Origin: Stylophora pistillata
Taxonomy: Eukaryota
Length of the DNA stretch: 64,000 nt
Reading direction: 5' to 3'
NCBI RefSeq assembly: GCF_002571385.2
Contig: NW_019217861.1
Coordinates: 361,529-425,528 of the forward strand
Each line of letters starts with the position of its first letter. Position 1 is the stretch's first letter. The notes under the pieces are model-generated. The model was not told the origin of the DNA and made no database searches. It saw only the letters and a program-made list of their open reading frames with translations. The position numbers and the translations under genes were made by a program. Of this stretch, positions 1 to 12,400 are shown piece after piece.

Positions 1-341
1 GGTTCAAATGGAATTCACCGTGAAAACATTGCTACTTAGCGTATTGTACTGAGAAATCTATATTAATCCTATACATCGCAGCATTTATAGTCACGGAAAT
101 GTTTGCCAGTCACATTCTGGTATTGGCGAGACTTTCATAAATATCCATTCAATCCTTCCGAAATGTCTGTTGTGTTACCTTGCAGCCATGCTGACTCGGC
201 AACATTACGGACTCAACAGGTCTATAAGCAAAAACGGCCGACGCGAAAGTAGTTTTACACCACAGGTCTAACATCAAAAGGACTCTACACTTCAATGTCC
301 AGATATAAAAAATGTTCGAAATGCAACGATTCCAGTCTTTG

Positions 342-2173
342 TCAGACATCTTTGACAACATCATCCATGTTGTGTTCTGCCGCTACCATTTTCGCTTTGT
401 CCACTGATCTTATCAGAAGAAGAAGTTGGATAACCTTCTTGATGCCGTTTCTGCAAACAAATATACGAACAAAATAAATCAATAAACACTCGTGCCTTTT
501 CTGACAGGGGACTTTCTGAAAGTGTCCCGTTTGGATTCGTGCATCATTGAAGAATTTATCCTCAATTCTTCGAGCTCGTTGTTTACAATTTGTACAAATC
601 TTCTTCATCGTTAACAATCCTCGTTGGGTGATATACTTCTTCTTTTTTTTGGTTTGTATTTTATCAAACCAAANNNNNNNNNNNNNNNNNNNNNNNNNNN
701 NNNNNNNNNNNNNNNNNNNNNNNNNNNNNNNNNNNNNNNNNNNNNNNNNNNNNNNNNNNNNNNNNNNNNNNNNNNNNNNNNNNNNNNNNNNNNNNNNNNN
801 NNNNNNNNNNGAATCGCAAGAATGCCACAGAGCGTTATGAGGGGATCAGGTGAATTTCATCGTGACACAAACAAAATCCTCCACAATGTAGGTACTTTTA
901 CCACTAACTGTTAGTGACTCAAACAGCTTTTTCAGCCATTAGGATTAGTCACATACTGTTGGCTAAACGTCGAGAGTATCATCTGACGACAGTCGCAAGG
1001 ACTCCCTTTCCTGCATGAGCCTCACAGCTTTATTTTACTATTTAGGAAACGATTTCCACAGTTTACGGATTTTTCGACACTAATCACAATTCAAATCGTG
1101 CAATATTTAGTATGTCTCACCACTACACTGAAATAAAACGACAAGGAAAGAAACGGACTGCAATAAAATCAACTTTGAATTTTGAATTTTAATTCTAAAA
1201 AAGCTCAAAGTACCTTGCTTTGTTTTTCTCCGCCTCAGGGCACCCTGCACAAGATCGCTGCATGTTGAGAGCCAATGTTGCAAGGAAACGTGCCAGAGCT
1301 TCTAACGAAGGTACTGTGGTCTGCTGTTGCTCGTTAAACCACTGTTTGGGGAACGTGGCTGCGATCTGCAAATGGGAAAAATAGAGAGGCTAATTTTTAA
1401 AGTCCCCCTTAATGCAAGTTTTGGGAATTTTATATTCATAGTACATCAGTTCTACAGTAGCTTCTTGCTTAAGACTGGGCTCCCTCCAGTTATTTTCTCC
1501 TTTCTTGGAGTAACTTTGGTATGAAAAAAGTTTGAAGAGGCTAAAATCGAAATATGCGCACTTGCCGTAGCGTTTATTCAAAACCGTTGGGGAGTCTGGT
1601 AATAACGCGATGACAGGGAACAAAAATACTGAGGAGGGAGGGGGTAATTGGAACTCGGGTGAATATTAGAGCATGAACATGCCTTGTCGGCGCTCGAAAT
1701 AACCAAGCGAGAGGGATTCAGACCGGTGCATGAGAGCGAGAGATCACGCACATGAACGACAGTTGTCTGATTACTCGTTCGTGTCACTCTCCTCCTCGCC
1801 ACGTGTCCTCTACCAAGGCCATGATAGCAGTTGTACTTTTTCGTCATCCGCGATCATTTTTGAGGAATAGGTTCGCTAGTATTAGAACTGCCTCGCATGG
1901 AGCAACCACAGCAAATGCGAGCACATCTATGAAAACCATCCCCGCATTTTACTAATTATAGTCAATACTTGGCTCAAACTGGGTCAAAAGAAGAGCGCAT
2001 TTAGATGTACAGTCGACTCCCCATAACTCCAACTCTCGCTAACGCGAGCCTCAACATATCCAACTGTCGCTCACTCCAACCTCGCTGACTCGAACCAAAA
2101 TCAATTTCCCCTGGATTTCCGTCCTACATAACCGCAAATTCACCCTTGCTAACTCGAACCTTCCACTAACTCG

Positions 2174-2206
<33 letters not shown>

Positions 2207-5200
2207 CTACACTCTTGCCCTCGATAGCTCGAACTGAATTTGTCGTTTACAGGGCAACTCAAAACAAACAGCGTCCTGTAGTCTAAAACATTCACTGTAA
2301 TTTATTTTGAAGCAGCCTTGTAATCTTTCTCCTTTTTTGTTTTACACAAAACGTGTCAGTCCAGTGGTTGGTTTGGGGTACATTCAATTACGGTACCTGT
2401 ATCTTCAACTCCCCATAACGCGAACGTTTTTCAATTTTCCTTGACGGTTCGAGTTACCTTGATTCGACTGTAACTCGTAAATCAACGGTGTTAAGGATGA
2501 AAACAATACTTACAGCTTTAACTTTCTCCAGGCTGTCATAGTACAGATGAGAGTGTTGTAGTGCTAAAAGAAGATATCTGTTCAGCAACCCATCTACTGC
2601 CAGTTCCTGGAGTCTGGCAGAAGAAAGAAGACCTTCCCACTTCAAGATGTTTCCCATGAGCTACAATAGAGGACAAAAAGGGATATGCAATGCAGGTTTA
2701 AGTCAACACCTTGTTTCAGTAAAAATTAAAAAATAAAACACTAGTGCACTTCTGAAGATTTGGGAAAATCAATTTCAAAAATCAAATACCTTTACACAAC
2801 TCCAAAACTGTCTTTGCAAAAATGGCAATGCCCCAGAAGATTTATTGTCCAATAAACTGCTCAAAAACAAACAAACAAAATAACTTATGATAATTACAAA
2901 AAATTGAAGAATGGTCGTCAGAATGTTTTGACAACATGCAGGTGACCTATCTATATCGTTAGGAGTGGAGAGGACCTGAGACGACAAAGTGCATTGCCTA
3001 AAAAATACAGTCGAACCTCTCCACAACAGCCTCCTTGAAAAAAGAAGAAAGTGCCAGTTGTGAAGAGGTGGCCATTATGGGAAGGAAGGGGTGTTATGTA
3101 TGAACAGCCCGCCACGACCAAAGAAAGGGGCCACTGTGGACAGGGGGTTATTGTGGAGAGGTGGCCATTAGCAGAGGTTGGACTGCACAACATATGCATT
3201 GGTGTGAAAGGTGGCTCATTTAACCACATCTGCCTCAGGATCCAAGGAATATCCCAGCAGAGATGGTAACCCTATAGTCAAACTGGTCAATGATCTTTGC
3301 CAGAAACCAGCTATTTTTCACAGTTCTCTTTATCTTCAAGTTGTAATTAAGAACGAACCAACTTTTACCTTTTGGGGTAGAGTGGAACAAAAACATCATC
3401 GCTCACACATCTTCTTAAGCGGGTGGTTATTGCAGCAAACAGTGACTATACAACCGGGACAGAAGGAAGAATGAAGCACACATTGATCAGTGGAATGAAA
3501 TATTCACTGATGATTCATTCAATGGTTAACTGTTCAAAAAATAGACTGAATGCTTGAGAGTCATACCTGAGCAAAATTAATATTTGGACTTGAACATTTC
3601 AGATTTCAATCAGTGATTCACTAACTTATATACAGACTGAATGACTGACTAATTTGGATATATCAACAAAGTTGAAATGGTAAATTGGCCACCGTAATGA
3701 TTACAAAAGCTGACGTTTCGAGCGTTAGCCCTTCGTCGGAGCGAAGTTGTTACTCCCACCGACGCAGCCCCAAACAGTTTCTTTCGAAACTATCAGCTTT
3801 TATTCATTTGAATGACTGACTGTTTGATTGACTTTCTGACTTAATCTTTTGTTTTTTTTAATGAATATTTTGCTGTACATATTAAATAAATAGATAATTA
3901 ACAAATTCACAGTGGTTTAACATGGTCTGTACTCTTATCAACAACGATATTCCTCATCACGGTGGTCAGTGAGATGATGAATAAAATTTTCCGTAGGAGT
4001 ACAGACCATAGACCACTTTCATAAATGGCTGCTGGATAAAAATTCTTTTGTTTCAATTTAAATTAGCCCTACTGGCCTCATTCTCTAGTACAAAATTCAA
4101 AAGAATACATCATCTCAAGCGAGGCCAGAAGGGCTAATTTAAATTTAAACAAAAGAATTTTTATACGGCAGCCATTTATGAAAGTGTTCTATGCTGTTAA
4201 TTTGTTTTCACCACAATATCTATGTCAAATATATCGATTCTTTCAGTGCATGACAACTGTTGTCCATACTCTTATCTATAACAACAAATTGGCCAATCAG
4301 ATTGCAACATCACTGCCATTTGTGGTAAAAATAAATATTTTTGATTGTGATCCTTTTCTTTTGAAGGGGAAACATCATCAACCTGTTTCTCCCTTTTCAA
4401 AATGCAAACATTTTAGTTTGTTTCCATTATTGCATCTTGAATAAAACACTATGTTGTTATGTTATGTGACGTTATGTTACTGGTTGCTTGACCTGAACAA
4501 AAGAACCACTCACTTAATTAATCCATCAATCAATCAATCAATCAGTGAGCCAATCATATGCAACTTTTTTTTTAAAAAAGATGATGATATCTATGTATGG
4601 AAAAGCAACAAAACTAGCCACATAATTATGAACAGTCTGAGGTGATTCAGCTTCAAAATATATTTAATAAGACTGAAGTCGATCTAACTTGTGTTGATTT
4701 ATCCTGAGCATGAAAGTTTGGATACACTTCAGCCATTCCTCTTATTAACTTAATGGCCAGCATTGTTTGCTTCTGTGAAAGAGGATCCCAAACATGTTCA
4801 AAAAGACCTATAGTAAGAAAAAATTCAAAGGTCGGTTAATACTTTAAAAATTGTGCTCAACATCTTTTTTATTGGTTTCTTCACAAGAATAGGAACAATA
4901 TTATTACCAGTTAGTTTTGGAATGACCGCCTTTTCTAACACCATTGGGATAAGTTTTATGTCAAGATCGTCAGCATCTATATCGTAGGGATCATCTCCAC
5001 ATCCAAACAATACAAGACTTTTGTACCAACGAAAGTCTTCAATCTCTAAACATTTTCCCTAAAGAGAAAGAAAGAAAAAACATTAAATTGCAGCTGCAAT
5101 GAGCAAAATAATATAACCGATTCCATTAAGGTGGTAATTGATTGTTAAATGCCAATGCTTCCAAAATATTAGCTTAAAAAAATATAATTGTAAACTTGAG

Positions 5201-8200
5201 AGAAAATAAAACATTGCTCATTCGTTAATGAGTAACAGAGCAAATAACAGCTCAAGGACACTCAAAATTACACCATGAATTTTTTTGGCTGTTTCTAATC
5301 ATGACCCCTGACTAACTAGTTCAACTGCCCAGTTCGAATGAAATTTCACCACTATTTGCAGGATTTGAATTATTAGCACCAAACAGCACTGCATTATAAA
5401 GAATCTGCCATCACTTTTATGCCTTCAAGAGTTGAGCAAATTAAAAATCACAGGAGCAAAGTATTGCTGTCTTGATTGTCTTGCACCACCAACAAGCTCA
5501 CAAACCATCCTCATGGTGAGCTATTTTAACCTTAAATTTAATCCAAATGCACATCTTGTGTAACCTGTTTCAGTGAAACTTTGGATGTGGCAAGGTGCTC
5601 AGCATGTACACCATATGCTTGCCAAGTTCAGTTGCCCTTTTGTTCACAATGTTCAAAACAAAGGTATCAATTGTACCTCAAATGGGTTCCAGTCCAAAAG
5701 TTGCAGTCTAATAAATGGAGCAAACAGTTTAGGAAGACAAAGTGAAATGTATGCATTCTTATAACAGTCTTCGTGTTTGTTCTTCCATTCTTCAAATCTT
5801 GATTTTAAGGAGTCAATGGAACTAAAATCCTCAACAACATCCTCAAAAATAGCTTTCTCCTCTGATAAAATCCTCTCTAAAGAAAAAGCAAAACAGAGGA
5901 AAAAAATAGATTGCAAGTCATTATTCACTAAGTTGTAAAAATTTTTTGCAACAATCGAATTTATCACTTTCTCCAGAAATCAACTTTCAAAACTAAACAC
6001 AACAAAATTCACATAGTGCTGTTAAATTGTGACATTGTGTACTTAGAATATTGCAATGGAAACATAATAAAAAAATGAAAACCCAACATCTGGCCATTTC
6101 ATGCAGACAGCCTGTTTAACAGTGATGCCAACAGCAGCACATCAGCCCTGCGGGCATCCTAACATTGTGATTGATATTCAATGTCTTCAAGAATTCCCAC
6201 CAAACTCACATGGTTAACACTTCAATACACCATTCTTAGACCTGTCTAATTAAACAATTCCAAAAAAAAGATCTTACTTGTTTCTGCCCTAAACTTGACA
6301 GCATCTGCTTCAATTTCTTCATCATCTGTTGATTGTCCTTCATGGTGAGTGTCTGGTACAGAAGATTTGCCCTTCTCCTTTTCTCTGTGTTTTCTCCTCC
6401 GTGCTCTTCTTCCCTCTCGTTCAGCAGCACGTCTTAACTTCGCCTGATCTGCTGCTTTAGCTGAGTTTTGGCGTCCTACATGGAGGAGACAGAATTTTTA
6501 CTTAAGCAGGGAAACTAAAAAGCAAGACACTTTATATGCTGTACAATACTCCCACCAGTGACCAAGATAGAATTTCTCCTTACTGTCTAATACAACATCA
6601 AACAGACAAGTGATGAGAATCAAGAAAAATATCAATGAGGGGATTACTGGTAATATAATATAATAATATAATATAGTTTATATCTGACCACTTGCAGCCC
6701 AGAGGCTGAATTACAGGTGCAGTTTTTTAAGGTTGAGAACAGACGTCAGCATATCAGGCACCTCTGGCAGCCGCTTCAGTCCATCGACCTCACCTTCCCA
6801 CCCATCCCACCCCAGGGGAGGACATCCATCAAACAGTAATCTCATGCATGGGAAATTAACGTCTCCTACCCCAACCCTGCAGGAGACAGGACCTCCATTT
6901 ATTGTCCTTATCTGAGAAGACTAGAATATCTAACCATTTCTTGATGTTACAGAAAGGTAGCAAATTCTTCTTAATTATTTTAAGACCTTGAGTGTTGGTC
7001 CAGCCAGGGCTCGAACCCTTGACCTCCCGCACAACAGTCCAGTGCACTATCCATTGGGCTAACTGGGCAGTGGTTAAAATACTACATTCTCCACACAAAC
7101 ATCATAAGAATTGTAAAGCAGACAATAAGAAGAATTATGAATGAGATCTTGGGAATGAAAAGGTTAACCCTTACACCCCAACATCATCTGTATTCTTCAT
7201 AATGTCCTCCATAATTTTCTTAAGGTGCTGAAAAGGAGAATTTAGTTGTTGATCATTTCCTTTATTCTCATGACCTCAATGTGTGATTCAGAGGTGATAT
7301 TGTTAGGAGAAATTAGATGCTGGCCAGTCTTAGGGATCCAATGGTTATAGGATGCTTCATGGAAATACCATATTTTCTTAAACTAAGCTTTCGTTTTGTG
7401 CCTTATACATGTGCTTCCACCACAACTTCTAGTGTGATCAGAGACATTCCCAAACTCTGGTTGATGAACAATTGATATGTCATACTTTGCTATGCACAAC
7501 GTAAGGTGAAATTCCAAGCTACAAAACTATCATTCAGATTAGAAAATTACCAGCTTGGGCATTTAGAAAATCCTCTGCTTGATCATTGACATCTGTTCGC
7601 CTCCTCTGGACCACTAAGCTTGCTCGATTCTTCAACAAAGCATGCATAGACCTTTCTAGCTCATCAATTGCAGGTACCTGTTAAAAGAAACAAAGAAATA
7701 GCATTATTAACAGTCAAGCAGTACCATTAATGATGAGATGCATCTTGTTTGCTGCATTACACTCTGCAAAATTTAGTGCTTTAAAAAATTCATCTCTGTC
7801 AAACAAACTCATCCAACAAGAAATTTGCGACTTTACCATTCATCCTATCACGTTCTTCAGGAAGTTTACATATACCAGGCAAGCTGTAGTAAGTATGTCT
7901 TCAGATAAGGCAAAGTTTGGTTTAGCCACTTTCCAGTAACCAACTAATACTTACAGCTTTGGTTATATCATGCTTGTATCACCCACCTTGTTATTAAGGC
8001 ATTCTATCAAGTCCCTAACATATCCCCTCATCTCTTGGAAAAAACTAAATCTCTGCTCTGCATTTCTTCCCTGTCGCTCCAACTTCTTGATGTTACACTG
8101 GGCAGTTTCCAGCTGAGATGAAGCTTTTTCGCAGTCCATTATATGTTGACGATGTACCTCTTGAAGAGTTGCCAACTGCTGTTTCATCTTGTCACAGATC

Positions 8201-9294
8201 ATATCTACAGTAACAGCATGACGACTTTGCAGTGAACTGGTTGTCAATGCAGGTCCATAAGTTTGATTTCCATTAGTGTGTATATCATTATATCCTGTTC
8301 CATAAGTGTAGGGCTGCTGTATAGTTTGATAACCTAAAGAGTTCTCTTCAGTGAATTGTTGTTGATACAATGAGCTTGTTGCCTCAGTGGTTTGTAGTAA
8401 TTCTGGTTGAGCCATAGGCACTGATACACCTTTGACACCTTTGCGAATTTGCTCATCTTCCCAGAGTTTTAACTCTTCATCATCTTCAGCCTCTTCGTTG
8501 TCAGAATTCTCTTCAAGTTCTTGATTAGCGAGAGCAGCCTCAACCTCACGACGACGATCCAATGCAGGAAATCCTCGCTTCTTTGTAACAGAGAATGTGA
8601 TTGGCCCCTCTTCCCCCTCATCATCACTGACATCATTCTCATCTTCTCTCACCAGCCGGCCTGTGGATGCAAAATTTCCCTCGTATTTCTGTGTGTCATC
8701 CAAAGGGATAAAGTCTTGCTCAGTTTGTCTCGCCATTTCTCGCCGTTTGCGTGCTGCATGAATCGTTGCAGCATCGGGTATGCTAAAATCAGTTTTACTT
8801 CTTGAATTTATAGCTGGCTCCTTCTTGATAGGTCCTGATGCTACAGAATCTGTGTCATCTTCCACTTCTTCTCCGTCATCCTCGCCTGCAATTTGACACA
8901 GCTCAGCTCTCAGTGCAGCCAATCTTTCGTCGGTATCATCTTCTCTCTGAGCAGTATTTAAGTCATTTTTCTTCACAACTCTCCCTTTATCAAATTCTTC
9001 TTTCTTTTTCCTTTCTTGTTCCAGCTTCTTCGCCAGCCGACGGCTTTCTTTTGACTTGCGAATCTTGAAAACTTCACCCCCGTCTCCACCGTCATCCTCG
9101 AAGCTAAGCAAGGAATTAGATGACGCGGTCTTGATCTTTGATTCTTCCTTCCGTTTTGGTTTAGAATTTCTGTCTATGGGTTTTGAAATCACAGGAATAT
9201 TTTTTAATTCCTGATCATCAACAGTTTCGTCGTCTTCGTGGTCGATTTTTTTCCGAAAATTTCGTTTGGAGTGTTTCTTGAACATGGTGGCCAT
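342..9294 (-). CDS. PAXBP1: PAX3/PAX7-binding protein 1 / GCFC family (GC-rich sequence DNA-binding factor, Ntr2-like spliceosome disassembly factor), 11 coding exons, ~884 aa
   Basis: Exons: 9294-7987, 7677-7551, 6475-6278, 5876-5677, 5058-4908, 4807-4689, 3445-3369, 2856-2790, 2660-2514, 1365-1214, 450-342. All introns are GT-AG and phases are consistent (2655 nt). Motifs match the PAXBP1/GCFC family: IPDAATIHAARKRRE, FFQEMRGYVRDLIECLN, EREGRRARRR, AYISLCLPKLFAPFIRLQLLDWNP, DDVFVPLYPK, FLQRQFWSCVK, ELAVDGLLNRY, FPKQWF. Confidence 0.93.
2010..2470. mobile_element. Tc1/pogo-type MITE in PAXBP1 intron
   Basis: TA|cagtcgactc ... gattcgactg|TA terminal inverted repeats with TA flanks; internal aactcgaac repeats; no ORF. 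Confidence 0.75.
3008..3185. mobile_element. Short Tc1/pogo-type MITE
   Basis: ta|cagtcgaacctct ... agaggttggactg inverted termini; internal gaggtggcc repeats. Confidence 0.65.
3706..3746 (-). ncRNA. Minimal type I hammerhead-ribozyme motif (Penelope-like/retrozyme-type repeat), U4C core variant
   Basis: Minus strand reads gct-CCGACGA-a-gggc-taac-gctc-GAAAC-GTC-agc: stem I gct/agc, stem II gggc/gctc, palindromic minimal stem III. It lies in a repeat at ~3660-3810, with a decayed relative at ~35210-35410. Confidence 0.6.
4008..4192. mobile_element. Palindromic (fold-back) MITE
   Basis: atagaccactttcataaatggctgc ... gcagccatttatgaaagtgttctat; the inverted arms extend ~70 bp (aattcttttgttt / aaacaaaagaatt; attagccct / agggctaat). 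Confidence 0.75.
6651..7075 (-). mobile_element. tRNA-derived SINE with LINE-derived 3' tail
   Basis: Minus-strand head has an A box (agttagcccaatgg) and B box (gggttcgagccc). The ~280-bp body matches 43594-43871, the 3' 44 nt match the LINE end at 28809-28851, and it ends in (tatat)n. It interrupts another repeat (6545-6650 + 7076-7167). Confidence 0.85.
7164..7346. repeat. TTAA-flanked 'ttaaccctt...aagggttaa' MITE family (relatives at ~21542-21940 and ~38163-38364)
   Basis: Shared ttaaccct / aggttaa termini and a shared internal aatttctcc / atgatcacc / ctcatgacct core between copies. Confidence 0.6.
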
Positions 9295-9423
9295 GATTAT
9301 GACAAGCGCGAAAAGTGCTACGGGACACTATCCCCAGTGTCGCTCTTTCAACTAAGTTTGCCTGATTGCCTGACTGTTTTCATCTTCTTATTGGCCATCA
9401 AAACTCCGTACTTTCCTATCAAA
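9295..9423. promoter_or_regulatory. Bidirectional promoter/5' UTRs between PAXBP1 and DGCR6
   Basis: The divergent ATGs at 9294(-) and 9424(+) are only 129 bp apart. Confidence 0.7.
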
Positions 9424-12400
9424 ATGTCGTACTTTTATGGAAGTGGCGGAGGACAAAGGCAACCAAAATGGAATTACCAAACAAATCTAGATCCAAATTT
9501 ATTAGCAACAGTTCGAGATGAAATGCTTCGGAAAGAGGAAGAATACCGCAAAGAACAACAGCGGATTGAGGCGGAACAAAAGAAACTAACGAGTTATCTA
9601 ACCCAACTTCAAGCCATGGTTCGCGATCTTCCTGGGTAGAAATTCACTATTTTTTGTCGTTGTTTGTAAAATATTGCGCTTTATTAATATACGTTTACAA
9701 TGACTTCTTTCCCCCATGTGTTTTCCGATTAAAAAAAAAACGTCTTTTTCATAAAACATTGCAAGAGAATACTCGGCAAGAAAAGCTTGTTAAAGAAAAA
9801 TATCCCTGAAGCCTTCTGTTGTCTCCAGGAACTATTTTGTGTAAATTTAGCTTACTCTAATGATTTTATCTTTTCCTTTAAAGAGCAATGTCCTTTAATC
9901 GGCTTGGAAATGAATCGAATTTTTACTCGTGCACATGTTAGTTACCAATTGTATTTTATCCAATTTTTGTAAATTTTTAAAGCGTCAGCATTAAAGGGGT
10001 ACAATAATACGAGAGAATTTTGAATACCCCTTTATAAAAAAAATATGAAAAAGTAACCTATTTTTGCCTTTCATTTTAGTACATACAAAAAGAAATTCAC
10101 TTATGATGTGCTGTCAGGAATCGCAACTTGTCTTATTGATGGAACAGTATTTGAGATTGTAAAGGGACTGGAAGACATACAACAACTTACCGAAAGAAAC
10201 TTACTCAACAAAAGGATGAAAATAGTCAATTCACAGAAAGGTAGATCAAACAGTAAATTTTGGATCATAGAATTGGTTTAAATTTTAGATTTAGATTAGT
10301 AATTTTGATTTTGTGCATTTGTTGGTGGGAAGTGTCAGTAGTGTTGTGCATGTATGCACCAGATAACAATTATTTTCACTGGTGTACCAAAAACCAGTAG
10401 AGTAAACACATACAAAATAAAAAGCCTAATTTTAGAGATTTTAAATTTAATATTACTTCAGTTTCAGCTGTCTGCCATAAAAATGATGACTTTCTCTACT
10501 TTTGATTAAGATGTTAGTGTTAGCCTTTTACTTATTTAGCTAGTCTTGTTCTTATTTAAATAATGTATAAACTAAATACATGACCCCTCAAGCTGTTAGC
10601 TTTGATTATTATTGTGTTTAAATAAAGCTCTTATCTTAGTATACAATACTCAAGTGACTTTAGCCTAATCAGTTACTAGTACTTATGCTGGATTGCTCAG
10701 CCTTCATCTGTCTGTAGGAGTGAGAAAGGTTATTTACACAGCATTTAACTATGTAACCACTTGTTCTGCAGAGCCACCCTCAATGGTAATAGAGTGTCAT
10801 AAATCTTTGGATGGTTAACATCAAACTTTCATGGAAACTTGACTTAGTGGGAGGGGGAGGCTAGGGGTACCCATCTGCGATGGATGTTGAACTCACTTAA
10901 GAGGGGAGAGCTTCATGTTACAGAAACTGGAATAGACTCAAGGGACTTTTCTCATTAAGATGATCAATGCAAAAGGTCATGACAAAACCACAAACAGATT
11001 TACAGTTTTGAAGCATAGAAATATGATGTTGATAAAATGTCACAGTTTTTATTGGTTTGTGTTTGTGATTAACTTTGATTCTCAGCGCAGAGAATGCAGA
11101 TGGCCAAGAAACATAAAGATGCCATTCAGCAATGTGAACAACGGCCTCATAATCTACCTCTTGTGGAGGCATCAAATACACAGGAAAAGAAAGTAGGCTT
11201 TGAGATGTTTATCACAGATGATGTTACATTTAATTTTTTAACCCAATACCCAACCTGTGATCAAGTCCTCTATCATTACTCCCATTTAAAAGGGGGTTCA
11301 AATACCCAATAAGACCTTTTTCAGTCCCACCCTTGTACCTTGATTTCATGAATACTTGGTTGAATGCTGAATGTGTTCTGTGCAGCATCACTGTGCCTCT
11401 TAGTAAAGTGTAACTCAAAGTTCTAGGTCTAACCTTGCAATTCAGTTCCCTGCTACTATCAATTAGTTTTGTAATTTCATCTCTAAAACAGAAGCAAATA
11501 AAATAGTGCAAAATCCACCATTCACATTTACCATGATATTAGATTCCTGAAACTCTCCTATATATAACATATTTTTGTAATGGTCTGCAGCATGACTTAC
11601 AGCAAACCAGAATGCACTTTTGATGATGCATGCATTTAAACTCCCTAATCTGCATGTTGCTGAAAAGAGTGCTAAAACTTTCTAGGCTTTGGAAGAAAAG
11701 TTGGAGGCAGAAGTGCTTCAAGTGGATCAGAAAGTAGTCCTTGAGTTGGACCAGATTGTTAGTGACCAACAAGCAACACTCCAAGTAAGCTATAGTTTGT
11801 GCTTTAAATGTTTTTTTTTTATCTGCTAGAAAATGTTTTATTTCATTTCAGAGCAATGCCATGCTATGTGGATGTTCTAGATTCAATCAAGGACAAGTGG
11901 CTGTCCCAAACGAAAAACTCTCAGAATCACAATTTATTATTCTTAGTACTGCCTTCCATAAATCACTTATAATAATTATAATAATAATAATAATTAAAAT
12001 TTTTTACCTTAAAATAATATTTATTTAGCAATAATTTCCATAAAATCCTCTACAATACAAAATATTAACAGCATAAAAAACGATCCAAATTAACTCACTT
12101 TCAGCTCACATCTCCTTCTTTTTTTTCATGTCAAAGCGTCTGGAAAACTATAAATAACAGAGTCAAATCTGAACAGATTCAAAGTCTAATAATCTGATAA
12201 GTAAAAGCAGATCTAAAACTATACAGAAAAGAGAAAGGTGAATGGCAAATCTAGAACCCTATATACAAGGTTGCTAAAAATCATTAAACAATGTCAATGG
12301 CACCCTCAGCAGCTGCGATTTCAATGTCACAATTATTATAATCATTTGCAGCGCGGTGCTTCACCTGCAATCCTCAAAGGCAAACTAAGGCCGACCGAAG

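Noticed and set aside
1640-1960. GC-richer intronic stretch in PAXBP1 considered as a snoRNA
   Set aside because: No convincing C/D or H/ACA box pair with terminal stems.
8521-9068. Plus-strand ORFs inside PAXBP1 exon 1
   Set aside because: Antisense shadows of a coding exon; no motifs.
9238-9423. ORF 9238-9639 apparently overlapping the PAXBP1 start
   Set aside because: It opens at a non-ATG codon; the credible DGCR6 start is ATG 9424, so there is no coding overlap.
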